Of a stretch of DNA of 64,000 nt, positions 39,479 to 49,251 are shown in pieces. Source of the stretch: an uncultured Bacteroidota bacterium (GTDB taxonomy: Bacteria > Bacteroidota > Ignavibacteria > UBA10030 > UBA6906); contig CAVOYH010000001.1 in NCBI GenBank assembly GCA_963700635.1, positions 224,001 through 288,000 of the forward strand, in the 5' to 3' direction. The position numbers were made by a program, and so were the translations under genes. Every line of letters starts with the position of its first letter. Positions within the stretch are counted from its first letter, which is position 1. The notes below the pieces were generated by a model. That model was not told the DNA's origin, did no database searches, and saw nothing but the letters and a program-made list of their open reading frames with translations.

Positions 39479-41989
39479 CTATGGTTCATCGCGCCAGGAT
39501 ATGACCTTCTTCTCATAATCGAGTGCAAGGCGGTCGGCCGTCTGTTGATCCTGTGCTTCAGCGCAGACATGGAACAGCGGTCGTTCCTTGTCGGGGATGA
39601 GCAGGATGGACACGCCGCGCAGCCGGTCATCGAAGTACATCTTTACTCCATCCACAAGATCGCGACGGGACCCTTCCGTGTTGGCCATGATGTACCGCAT
39701 GACCTTTCCCTTGTGTTCCCAGGAGCAGTTTACGGCGCGCCGGGCGGCATACAACCGCGGAATGTCCTCGTCAAATCCGCCCAGCCGCTTGTCTGCGTGC
39801 GCCATCATCTCGAGGAACTTGGCAAGTGAATACATCGCATCGGTGGCGAAGAAGAAGTCGGTGAAGATGAACCCCCCCTTTGTTCCTCCGATAAATCGTA
39901 CGTTCTTATTGGCAGCAGCCTCCATCATCGCCAGGTGACTGTTGCGGGTTTTGATAACCTTGACGTTGTGCTGTGCAGCCAGCAAATCAATCTCCCCGCT
40001 TGACGTAATCGGTACCGCAATAGCTTCCACATCGTTGTGTGTCTGCAGGAACATATCCGCCACCACCGTCAGCAACCGGTCGCTGTCAAACGCATCCCCG
40101 TTCTCGTTTACGAGAAACAGACGTTCACCGCCGCCATCAATGAGGCACCCCATGTCATATTTGAGCGAGGTGACGATGTGCGAGAGCTGCTTTATCGAAT
40201 AGTCGAACTCGTACTTGTCGCGTGTCAGTTTGCGCGGGTCGAGATGTGCGTTAAGGGCAACCACCTGGCAGTCAAACGACCCGAGGATGAGCGGAAATAT
40301 CGTCGATGCGACGCCGTTGGAATAATCGATCACCAGCTTGAATTTCTTCTTGTTAATGGCGTCGATGTCAAGCGAGGAGAGGAATTTCTCCTTGTATGCC
40401 TCCGTGGTGCGTTCCGGGAAGGAGATCGAGCCGACCTTCTCCCGTGGGGCACGGGCAAAATCCTCCCCAAAAAAGAGACGGTCCACACTCTTCGTTTTGG
40501 AGGATGGTAAATCCTTCCCGGTGGCGTCGAAGAAGATAATATCGGTCAGATTCTTGTCGGTGGGGTTACGGCGGACGTGAATCCCTCCTGCCTCCTTCCC
40601 GCTGCTCAGTTCATGCCGGAGCAGGGGGATCGAGATGGCGCGCAGATCGAAAGTATTGACGCCGGCCGATACCAGGCCGCATAAGATGGCACGGTTCATC
40701 ATGCGGGATACATTGTCGGAATCACGGCACGTGACGACGGTCTTTCCTGCACCGATAAATGCCCCGTACGCTGCGCCGAGTTTTGCGCCAAATTCCGGGT
40801 TCATTTCGATGTTGGAGAGCCCGGTCACCCGGGAGTCAGTAAACAGCTCCCGCAGCCATTTGTCCTCCCACACAAGACTCCTGGTAAGAATCGCTCCCTC
40901 TTCCACCACTTTTTCCGGCCAGAGTTTGATGTTCGCACTCAGCCGCGCACTTCTGCCAATCCAGCATCCGTCGCCGATAAAGACATTCTCCGAGATGACG
41001 GACTTCTCCCCTATGGAGCATTTGGATCCGACAACGTCCGAGGAAATCTCGGTGTTGTGTCCGATGACGACGTCACTCCAGATGACAGAGTTGGTGATGA
41101 TGGCGCCCGGACCGATCACGCTGTTGTCGCCGATGACGGTATTGGACAGCTTCACGTCCTCGCCAATGGTACAGTTGCGGCCGATCAGGACCCTTCCCGT
41201 GAACTGCACCTTGGCCGGATCAAACCGCGTGCCTTCCCCGATGGCCGCAGTCCCGTTGTGCGTGTACTGAATTTGCAGGTTGACCGCGTCGTGCAGGACA
41301 TCCATATGGGCATCCTGATATTCGTTCAGGTTGCCGATATCGCGCCAGTATCCGTCCGTTGTACAACCGTACAACCCCAGATCCCGCCGCAGAAGAAGAG
41401 GGAAAAGATCCTTTCCGAAATCGTAATCCTGCCGGTAGGGAATCATCTCGAGCACGTCCGGCTCGAGAATATAGATACCCGTGTTGATGGTATCGCTGAA
41501 TACCTCTCCCCACGAAGGCTTCTCAAGAAACCGGGTAATCTTGCCATCCCCGCCCGTGATCACCACACCGAACTGAAGTGGATTTTTTACGTGGGTGAGC
41601 ACGATGGTGGCTTTGGATTTTTTCTCTTCGTGAAACTTCAGCGCGCCCGTAAGGTCAAAATCGGTCAACACGTCGCCGCTGATTATCAGAATACGCTCAT
41701 TGGTGCCTTTTGTGGCATTACGAACGCTTCCCGCAGTCCCATAATCGGCTTCAGCCCGAACGTATTGCATGGAGACCCCGAAGGCGGAACCATCACCAAA
41801 ATAGCTGGTAATCGCTTCCGGGCTATAATACAACGTAGCGATAATGTCTGTCAGCCCGTGCTGCTTCAGCAATGCAACGATATGGTGCATCATGGGTTTA
41901 TTCATGAGCGGCACCATGGGCTTCGGTGTATTACAGGTGAGCGGACGCAACCGCGTCCCGAACCCACCGGCCATGATGATAGCTTTCAT
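39479..41989 (-). CDS. Mannose-1-phosphate guanylyltransferase / hexapeptide repeat / phosphomannomutase-like fusion
   Basis: MAGGFGTRLRPLT..PKPM, GTAGSV, FLEKP, left-handed beta-helix repeats, C-terminal phosphohexomutase fold. Confidence 0.92.
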   Translation of the reverse strand: MKAIIMAGGFGTRLRPLTCNTPKPMVPLMNKPMMHHIVALLKQHGLTDIIATLYYSPEAITSYFGDGSAFGVSMQYVRAEADYGTAGSVRNATKGTNERILIISGDVLTDFDLTGALKFHEEKKSKATIVLTHVKNPLQFGVVITGGDGKITRFLEKPSWGEVFSDTINTGIYILEPDVLEMIPYRQDYDFGKDLFPLLLRRDLGLYGCTTDGYWRDIGNLNEYQDAHMDVLHDAVNLQIQYTHNGTAAIGEGTRFDPAKVQFTGRVLIGRNCTIGEDVKLSNTVIGDNSVIGPGAIITNSVIWSDVVIGHNTEISSDVVGSKCSIGEKSVISENVFIGDGCWIGRSARLSANIKLWPEKVVEEGAILTRSLVWEDKWLRELFTDSRVTGLSNIEMNPEFGAKLGAAYGAFIGAGKTVVTCRDSDNVSRMMNRAILCGLVSAGVNTFDLRAISIPLLRHELSSGKEAGGIHVRRNPTDKNLTDIIFFDATGKDLPSSKTKSVDRLFFGEDFARAPREKVGSISFPERTTEAYKEKFLSSLDIDAINKKKFKLVIDYSNGVASTIFPLILGSFDCQVVALNAHLDPRKLTRDKYEFDYSIKQLSHIVTSLKYDMGCLIDGGGERLFLVNENGDAFDSDRLLTVVADMFLQTHNDVEAIAVPITSSGEIDLLAAQHNVKVIKTRNSHLAMMEAAANKNVRFIGGTKGGFIFTDFFFATDAMYSLAKFLEMMAHADKRLGGFDEDIPRLYAARRAVNCSWEHKGKVMRYIMANTEGSRRDLVDGVKMYFDDRLRGVSILLIPDKERPLFHVCAEAQDQQTADRLALDYEKKVISWRDEP

Positions 41990-42084
41990 AGGTTGTTCAG
42001 ACGCTGATATCGGATTGGAAGGTTATCATACCGTAACCACTCAATATAGAAAACGACCGTCTGGGATACAATAGAATGCAGGGG

Positions 42085-42855
42085 TCAGCGGCTATTTTCC
42101 TGTCCGGGGCGCCGGTTGATGATCGACGCGGCATATCCGGCGCCGAACCCATTGTCGATGTTGACCACCGTTACCCCCGCTGCGCAGGAATTCAGCATGC
42201 CAAGAAGCGCGGAGACACCCCGGAAACTCGCCCCGTATCCAACCGAGGTCGGGACGGCGATAACGGGAACCTGTACCATCCCCCCTACCACGCTGGCGAG
42301 CGCTCCTTCCATACCCGCGACAACGATGATGACCGATGCCTCGCGGAGCTTCTGGCTCTGCATCAGGATACGATGAATGCCCGCAACGCCGACGTCAAAA
42401 AGTGTGTCGACGGAGTTCCCCATGACGGTGGCTGTCTCCACAGCCTCCGCAGCAACCGGGATATCTGACGTCCCCGCCGTTACCACAAGAATTTTTCCCG
42501 CGCCGGCCGGCTTAACCCCTGATACGTTCCCCACGATCGTCCGCGCAACGGGATTGTATCGCGCATTCCGAACAAGTTTTCGCACCGCCGTAAAATGCTT
42601 GCGCGATGCTCTGGTCGCCAGCAAGACACTTCCGCGGCGGACAATTGCCCTGGCTATGCCTGCCACCTGACCGGGTGTCTTTCCCTCACTGAATATCACC
42701 TCGGGAAATCCGTGTCGCACCTGGCGGTGATGATCCACGGTGGCAAAACCAAGAGATTCGTACATCTGCTCAGAAAGACTCTGAAGGAGTTGTTCTTCGG
42801 AGAGAGATCCCTTTTTATAGCGGGAGAGGAGTTGTTGTACCTTCCGGTCGGCCAT
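42085..42855 (-). CDS. larB: Nickel pincer cofactor biosynthesis protein LarB (PurE-like)
   Basis: GFPEVIFSEGKT, AGTSDIPVA, DVGVAGIHR, AGMEGAL, VPTSVGYG, VVNIDNGFGAG. Confidence 0.95.
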   Translation of the reverse strand: MADRKVQQLLSRYKKGSLSEEQLLQSLSEQMYESLGFATVDHHRQVRHGFPEVIFSEGKTPGQVAGIARAIVRRGSVLLATRASRKHFTAVRKLVRNARYNPVARTIVGNVSGVKPAGAGKILVVTAGTSDIPVAAEAVETATVMGNSVDTLFDVGVAGIHRILMQSQKLREASVIIVVAGMEGALASVVGGMVQVPVIAVPTSVGYGASFRGVSALLGMLNSCAAGVTVVNIDNGFGAGYAASIINRRPGQENSR

Positions 42856-42970
42856 TGACGGTCAATATACTCGATTCCGTGAGGAATATCAAGGATTCCC
42901 GCTGGTTGACTCTCCAGCCCGTTTTTCGTACCTTTTTGCATAACTGTGCCCCCACCGTCAGCGGGATATC

Positions 42971-43594
42971 GTGGAACGGCTTGCACTCGCTGCACTCTTT
43001 GGTTATTTCCTCGGCTCCATCCCGACCGCCTACCTTGTTGTTCGCTGGAAATCTCAGCTTGATATTCGCATTGCTGGCAGCGGCAACGTGGGGACAGTGA
43101 ACAGTTTTGAGGTCACGAAGTCGCCGTGGGTTGCCGTTGTGGTCCTTCTGGCCGACTTCGCCAAAGGGGCTCTTGCCGTTCTGGCGGTCCGCGCCTTCTA
43201 TCCTGAAGGCCCTTATGCCGTCGAATGGGGTCTCCTGGGAGCGGTGCTCGGACACAATTACCCGGTATGGCTCCGGTGGAGAGGGGGACGGGGTTTGGCC
43301 ACAGCGGCAGGTGGGGCGTGCCTCACGTTCTGGGGTCTGATTCCGGCCTGGATAACATTCTGGGCTGTGTCTTTTTCAGTTCTTCGACGGGTAAACCCGG
43401 CCAGCGCGGTAGCGTGCGTGCTCACCACCGCAACGGTCTTTCTGAGCCCGATGCTACTTCCGGGAGCTGACCGGGTTGGAGATCTGACGCCCGCCTGGTT
43501 TACCGGATCACTCATGGCGCTCATCCTGATGCGACTTATCGAGCCGGTCCGGTCCTATCTGTTGGAGCTAAAGGGAGTAAGGAGTTCATCATGA
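42971..43594 (+). CDS. plsY: Glycerol-3-phosphate acyltransferase
   Basis: GYFLGSIP, GSGNVGTVN, DFAKG, LGHNYP, GGRGLAT. Confidence 0.92.
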   Translation: MERLALAALFGYFLGSIPTAYLVVRWKSQLDIRIAGSGNVGTVNSFEVTKSPWVAVVVLLADFAKGALAVLAVRAFYPEGPYAVEWGLLGAVLGHNYPVWLRWRGGRGLATAAGGACLTFWGLIPAWITFWAVSFSVLRRVNPASAVACVLTTATVFLSPMLLPGADRVGDLTPAWFTGSLMALILMRLIEPVRSYLLELKGVRSSS

Positions 43595-44793
43595 CTTTAC
43601 GCGTTGTCAGTGTCGTTTTCCTTATCCTCGCGGCCGTTCTTGGAGGCGGGATCATCGGGTACAGTCTTGGGCATATCCCCGGTGAAAGCACAGAACTCAC
43701 GGACAATAATCCGCCGACGTTTGAACAGACATTTGCACTGCACACCGCATCCGCCCGACCGGATTCTGTCGCGGCGGCGGTGACCACAGGGCGCCATAAT
43801 GCCATTACCAGGGCGGTCGCCTCCGCCAGCCCCGCCGTGGTCGGCATCAACGTGATCGAGCTCCGCCAGTACCGGCAATTATCTCCGTGGGGAGACGATC
43901 CGTTCTGGCGGCAGTTTATTCCAAACCGCACGTACACACAACAGGTCCAGGGTCTGGGATCGGGCTTTCTCATTTCGCCGGATGGATATATCCTTACCAA
44001 CGACCACGTGGCCGGCAACGCAAAGGAGATCACCGTGACCCTGACCAGCGGCAGGCAGTACAAGGCCTCGCTGGTGGGGACGGATCTGATTACCGACATC
44101 GCGCTTTTAAAAATTGACGGGACGGATCTTCCACACGTCGCACTTGGTAATTCCGAGGATGTGCTGGTGGGCGAATGGGTAATCGCCCTCGGAAATCCTT
44201 TCGGGTTGTTTGATATCAACGACAAACCCACCGTCACGGTCGGTGTCATAAGCAATACGGGCATGAAACTCGAAGCGCAGGATGGCCGGGTGTACCGGGA
44301 CATGATCCAGACGGATGCGGCAATCAACTCGGGCAACAGCGGTGGCCCCCTGTTGAATGCCCTGGGCGAAGTGATCGGCGTAAATTCCGTGATCTATTCC
44401 ACCAATCAGGGCAACATCGGACTCGGATTCGCGATCCCCATCAACCGTGTGAAGACGATCGTCGCCGAACTCCGGCGCAGCGGAAAAATCGAGCGTGCGT
44501 TCTGGACCGGACTGGAAATTCAGGCGGTCGACCGTCGGATAGCCCGCTATTTCGGTCTTGAAAAGGTTCAGGGTGTGATCGTAAGCGAAATAAAACGATC
44601 CAGTCCCGCCGAACGCGCAGGTTTCCGGGTCGGCGACATCATAATTGAAGTGAATGGTGAGAAGATCAATGACGAGGCTTCGCTCATTGCCATCGCAGAT
44701 GAAGCCCGTACCGGAGACACGCTCAAGATGAAAGTAATCCGGGATCGGCGCGAAGTACAACTCTCACTTCGGCTGGAGAAAAGCTCTTTATGA
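43591..44793 (+). CDS. HtrA/DegP-family serine protease with one PDZ domain
   Basis: GSGF, TNDHV, DIALLK, QTDAAINSGNSGGPL, PDZ. Confidence 0.95.
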   Translation: MTLRVVSVVFLILAAVLGGGIIGYSLGHIPGESTELTDNNPPTFEQTFALHTASARPDSVAAAVTTGRHNAITRAVASASPAVVGINVIELRQYRQLSPWGDDPFWRQFIPNRTYTQQVQGLGSGFLISPDGYILTNDHVAGNAKEITVTLTSGRQYKASLVGTDLITDIALLKIDGTDLPHVALGNSEDVLVGEWVIALGNPFGLFDINDKPTVTVGVISNTGMKLEAQDGRVYRDMIQTDAAINSGNSGGPLLNALGEVIGVNSVIYSTNQGNIGLGFAIPINRVKTIVAELRRSGKIERAFWTGLEIQAVDRRIARYFGLEKVQGVIVSEIKRSSPAERAGFRVGDIIIEVNGEKINDEASLIAIADEARTGDTLKMKVIRDRREVQLSLRLEKSSL

Positions 44794-46085
44794 TCACACG
44801 CTACACGCGACCCGCTATGGGCGCCATCTGGGAAGATGAGAACAAATTCCGGATCTGGCTCGAAATTGAAATACTTGCCTGCGAAGCGCAGGCGAAACTG
44901 GGTGTTATCCCGGCGGAAGCCGTGTCAAATATCCGTGCCAGAGCCGCCTTCGAAGTCACGCGGATCGAAACACTCGAACAGGAAGTCAAACACGACGTTA
45001 TCGCGTTTTTGACCAATGTCGGGGAACATGTTGGTCCGGACTCCCGGTACATCCATCTCGGCATGACCTCATCAGACGTCCTGGATACTGCGCTTGCTGT
45101 GCAGATGAAGCAGGCGGGGGAGCTGTTGCTCCAGGGGCTCCAGGAGCTTGCGACGGTCCTTGCGCGCAGGGCCAGGGAGTTCAAGACTACGGTGATGGTC
45201 GGACGTACGCACGGTATTCACGCAGAACCGATTACCTTTGGCTTGAAACTGGCTCTCTGGTACGCGGAAACCCAGCGACATATCAGCCGCCTGCAATCGG
45301 CCCTTGAACGTATTGCCGTCGGACAGATATCGGGAGCGGTGGGGACCTTCGAGCACCTGAGTCCGGACGTGGAGGAGTATGTGTGTGCAAAGCTCGGCCT
45401 CATCCCGGCGCCTGTTTCGACGCAGGTGCTCCAGCGCGACCGCCATGCAGAATTTATGAACGCGCTGGCCCTTGTGGGATGCTCCCTGGAAAAATTCGCG
45501 ACGGAAATCCGGCATCTGCAGAAGACGGAAGTTCTGGAAGCGGAGGAGTTCTTTTCCAAGGGACAGAAGGGTTCTTCCGCGATGCCCCACAAACGAAATC
45601 CCATCACCTGCGAACGTGTCGCAGGCCTCTCCCGCGTTCTGCGCGGGAACGCCCAGGCGGCAATGGAGAACGTCGCCCTCTGGCATGAACGTGATATCAC
45701 CCATTCCTCGGTGGAACGGGTTGTGATCCCTGACAGCTGTATCCTGCTGGACTACATGCTGGCGCTCATGACGGACGTGCTGGACAAGCTTGTGGTTTAT
45801 CCCGCGAATATGCTCAAAAACCTGGAACGGACACGCGGACTGATTTTCTCCCAATCTGTGCTCCTGGCCCTCACCAGAAAGGGAATGAAGAGGGAAGATG
45901 CCTATCGTATCGTTCAGCTTGCGGCGATGGAGGTGTGGGAGAGCGGGGCGGAGTTCAAGGAACGGCTCCTCGCCGAACCCGCAGTCGGCGAAATTCTGGG
46001 TGCCGAGACTGTAGAAGGGATGTTTGACTTGCAGAAGAGCATCAAATATATCAACGTGCTGTTTGCCCGTGCTGGGCTTTCGTAA
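44790..46085 (+). CDS. purB: Adenylosuccinate lyase
   Basis: KHDVIAF, GRTHGIHAEP, GSSAMPHKRNP, LWHERD. Confidence 0.98.
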   Translation: MITRYTRPAMGAIWEDENKFRIWLEIEILACEAQAKLGVIPAEAVSNIRARAAFEVTRIETLEQEVKHDVIAFLTNVGEHVGPDSRYIHLGMTSSDVLDTALAVQMKQAGELLLQGLQELATVLARRAREFKTTVMVGRTHGIHAEPITFGLKLALWYAETQRHISRLQSALERIAVGQISGAVGTFEHLSPDVEEYVCAKLGLIPAPVSTQVLQRDRHAEFMNALALVGCSLEKFATEIRHLQKTEVLEAEEFFSKGQKGSSAMPHKRNPITCERVAGLSRVLRGNAQAAMENVALWHERDITHSSVERVVIPDSCILLDYMLALMTDVLDKLVVYPANMLKNLERTRGLIFSQSVLLALTRKGMKREDAYRIVQLAAMEVWESGAEFKERLLAEPAVGEILGAETVEGMFDLQKSIKYINVLFARAGLS

Positions 46086-46124
46086 AGACAACTGTGCATG
46101 ACTGACATAATGAGGACTCTTGGT

Positions 46125-47618
46125 ATGGCCAAAAAATTTCAGAACTTTGTCAACGGCAGGTGGGCTGACGCAAAGTCAGGCAAGACCTTTGAAAACCGTA
46201 ATCCCGCAAACTGGGACGAGGTCATCGGGACATTCCCCAAATCCGGCAAAGAAGACGTCGAAGAAGCTGTACAGGCTGCGCGCAAAGCCTTTGATTCGTG
46301 GCGGCTCATGCCGGCCCCCAAGCGGGGCGATATTCTGAAGGCGGTGGGTGATCTGATGGTTGCACGGAAGGAAGATCTTTCCCGGATGATGACCCGCGAA
46401 ATGGGGAAGGTCCTCGCCGAGACACGAGGTGATGTGCAGGAGGGAATCGATACTGCCTACTATGCGGCGAGCGAAGGACGCAGGCTGTTCGGTCATACGG
46501 TCCCGTCGGAACTGCCCAATAAATTTAATATGGCGATGCGCGTGCCGGTGGGTGTCGCCGGTATTATTACACCCTGGAATTTTCCCATGGCAATCCCAAC
46601 ATGGAAAATCTTCCCGGCACTGCTCTGCGGTAATACGGTCGTGTTCAAACCTGCATCGGATACTCCGGCCACGGCGACAGCGCTCGTCGAGATCCTCGCC
46701 GAAGCGGGAGTCCCGGACGGTGTGGTGAACATCGTGCACGGTGGAGGGGGAGAGGTCGGCAATGCGATCGTCAACCACACGGAGGTTGATCTTGTAAGTT
46801 TTACGGGCTCGACTTTGGTGGGGAAGAAGATATCCGAAGTGGCGTCCGCCACGCTCAAGCGGGTGTCCCTCGAACTTGGCGGTAAGAATGCACAACTCGT
46901 CATGCCTGACGCGACCATGGAACTTGCGCTGGAAGGTGTATTGTGGGGGGCATTTGGAACCACCGGCCAGCGGTGCACTGCCACCAGCAGACTGCTTTTG
47001 CATGAGAACATTCATGACGCATTTATGGAAACCCTCATCCGGCGTGTGAACAGTCTAAAATTGGGCGACGGCCTGAAACCCGGGGTAGATGTCGGCCCGT
47101 GCGTAAACGAGGGTCAGCAGAAGACGGTGCAGAGTTATGTCGAGATCGGCCTCAAGGATGGCGCGACCCTTGCCGCCGGAGGGTCAGTGCCCGGAGATAG
47201 TGAGCTGGCAAAAGGCTGGTTCTACAAACCTACGGTGTTTACGGGCGTCCAGCCGCATCACCGGATCGCGCAGGAAGAGATCTTCGGTCCGGTACTGTCC
47301 GTGATCAAATTCCGCACGCTGGAAGAGGGTATCCGCATCATGAACGATACCATCTACGGCCTCTCTTCGTCAGTCTACACGACGAACGTCAACGATGCCT
47401 ATACGGCGATACGTGATATTAAAGCCGGGATCACCTATATCAATGCGCCGACGATCGGGGCTGAAGCACACATGCCGTTCGGCGGTGTCAAACAGACGGG
47501 CAACGGCCACCGCGAAGGCGGATGGACGGTCTACGATTTCTTCTCGGATTGGAAAACGGTCTACGTGGATTATAGCGGCGGTCTCCAACGCGCCCAGATC
47601 GACAACTATCAGAGCTGA
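46125..47618 (+). CDS. NAD-dependent aldehyde dehydrogenase (possibly aminoadipate-semialdehyde dehydrogenase)
   Basis: ITPWNFP, FTGS, LELGGKN, GQRCTAT, EEIFGP; adjacent to lat. Substrate is inferred. Confidence 0.9.
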   Translation: MAKKFQNFVNGRWADAKSGKTFENRNPANWDEVIGTFPKSGKEDVEEAVQAARKAFDSWRLMPAPKRGDILKAVGDLMVARKEDLSRMMTREMGKVLAETRGDVQEGIDTAYYAASEGRRLFGHTVPSELPNKFNMAMRVPVGVAGIITPWNFPMAIPTWKIFPALLCGNTVVFKPASDTPATATALVEILAEAGVPDGVVNIVHGGGGEVGNAIVNHTEVDLVSFTGSTLVGKKISEVASATLKRVSLELGGKNAQLVMPDATMELALEGVLWGAFGTTGQRCTATSRLLLHENIHDAFMETLIRRVNSLKLGDGLKPGVDVGPCVNEGQQKTVQSYVEIGLKDGATLAAGGSVPGDSELAKGWFYKPTVFTGVQPHHRIAQEEIFGPVLSVIKFRTLEEGIRIMNDTIYGLSSSVYTTNVNDAYTAIRDIKAGITYINAPTIGAEAHMPFGGVKQTGNGHREGGWTVYDFFSDWKTVYVDYSGGLQRAQIDNYQS

Positions 47619-47742
47619 CACCATGACGCGCCAGCCGCTCTATAATGTTTCGCTGTTCGAGCATAACGAATTCTTCTGAAGTTCACTCCTCCGCCGTCGT
47701 GGTGTCCACAGACTATTATACTTTTTGGAGGAGTGATACAGT

Positions 47743-49161
47743 ATGAAGAAGCGTAAGAGCAGGACCACACGGGCGCCGCGCAAACCGGCAGTCGCCCGAA
47801 AGAAGACAAAAACCACCCGCCGCGCCGGCTCACGGCGTACGGTCGTTCATTCCCGCCTCAACCCCGCGCTGGTGTTCCCCGCTTTACGGAAACACATGCT
47901 CATTGACGGATTCGAGATCGTGATTGATCTGCAGCGCAGCAAAGGTTCGTTTATTGTTGACGCGCAGGACGGAAAACTCTATCTGGACTTCTTCACGTTT
48001 GTCGCGTCGTCGCCGGTCGGATTAAATCATCCCAAGATGACGTCGCCGGATTTTCTTGAGCACCTGGCATACGTGGCAGTGAACAAACCTTCAAATTCAG
48101 ACATTTACACTGCCGAACAGGCCGAATTCCTGGAGACCTTCTCCCGGGTCGGCATTCCATCATACCTCCCGCACGCGTTTTTTGTCGAAGGCGGCGCGCT
48201 GGGGGTGGAAAACGCCCTCAAAGCGTCGTTCGATTGGAAGATCAGAAAGAACTTCGCAAAAGGATACCGGGAAGAACGCGGGAAACAGGTGATTCATTTC
48301 CGGCATGCTTTTCACGGTCGGACGGGATACACATTATCGATGACCAACACGGATCCCGTGAAGACCGATTATTTCCCCAAGTTCGGTTGGCCCCGTGTGG
48401 ACAGCCCGATTCTCCGTTTTCCCCTCACCCCGGAAAACCTCGCGCAGGTGCAGCAGGAAGAGCAGAAGAGTCTGAACCAGATCAAGGACGCATTCCGGCA
48501 AAACAAAGACGATGTTGCCGCAATTATCATCGAAGCAATCCAGGGTGAAGGGGGAGACAATCACTTCCGCCCCGAGTTCTTCCGGGCGCTCCGACAACTG
48601 GCAGATGAAAATGAAGCCATGCTGATCATTGATGAAGTCCAAACCGGCATCGGCATGACGGGGAAGATGTGGGCCCATCAGCACTGGGGGGAGCCCGACA
48701 TGATCGCATTCGGCAAAAAAATGCAGGTGTGCGGTTTCCTCTGCGGTCGCCGGATCGACGAGGTGAAGGAAAATGTCTTCACGGTTCCAGGCCGCATTAA
48801 TTCAACCTGGGGCGGTAATCTGGTTGACATGGTCCGTGCCCAACGGTACCTGGAAATTATCGAAGAAGAGGATCTCGTCAGGAATGCCGCGGTTGTGGGA
48901 AAGTTTCTTCTGAAACGGCTCCAGGGACTGGCGGAGGAGTTCCCCGAGGTAATCTCAAATCCGCGAGGGCTCGGCCTCTTTGCGGCCGTGGACGTGGCCA
49001 CACCGGAAAAACGCACGGAAATTCGCAACGGGTGTTATAACCTGGGACTCATCCTGCTGCCCAGCGGCGAACGGGCGATCAGGTTCCGCCCGCCGTTGAC
49101 GGTCACCGAGGAGGAGATTGAGCTCGGAATAGAAATTATCCGGAAGGTGATGCAGCAGTAG
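47743..49161 (+). CDS. lat: L-lysine 6-transaminase
   Basis: YLDFFTFVAS, NKPSNSDIY, GGALGVENALK..FDWK, IQGEGGD, DEVQTG, AFGKK, RINSTWGG. Confidence 0.93.
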   Translation: MKKRKSRTTRAPRKPAVARKKTKTTRRAGSRRTVVHSRLNPALVFPALRKHMLIDGFEIVIDLQRSKGSFIVDAQDGKLYLDFFTFVASSPVGLNHPKMTSPDFLEHLAYVAVNKPSNSDIYTAEQAEFLETFSRVGIPSYLPHAFFVEGGALGVENALKASFDWKIRKNFAKGYREERGKQVIHFRHAFHGRTGYTLSMTNTDPVKTDYFPKFGWPRVDSPILRFPLTPENLAQVQQEEQKSLNQIKDAFRQNKDDVAAIIIEAIQGEGGDNHFRPEFFRALRQLADENEAMLIIDEVQTGIGMTGKMWAHQHWGEPDMIAFGKKMQVCGFLCGRRIDEVKENVFTVPGRINSTWGGNLVDMVRAQRYLEIIEEEDLVRNAAVVGKFLLKRLQGLAEEFPEVISNPRGLGLFAAVDVATPEKRTEIRNGCYNLGLILLPSGERAIRFRPPLTVTEEEIELGIEIIRKVMQQ

Positions 49162-49188
49162 TCCTGTAACACAGTGCCACGTTCCAGC

Positions 49189-49228
49189 AGGGCCAGTAAC
49201 TACACCGGTAGCTTCTGGCCCTTTTTTT
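49189..49228 (+). terminator. Intrinsic terminator after lat
   Basis: AGGGCCAG...CTGGCCCT stem followed by a T-run. Confidence 0.75.
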
Positions 49229-49251
49229 CGAGCTCCGACCGCTGCCCTGCC

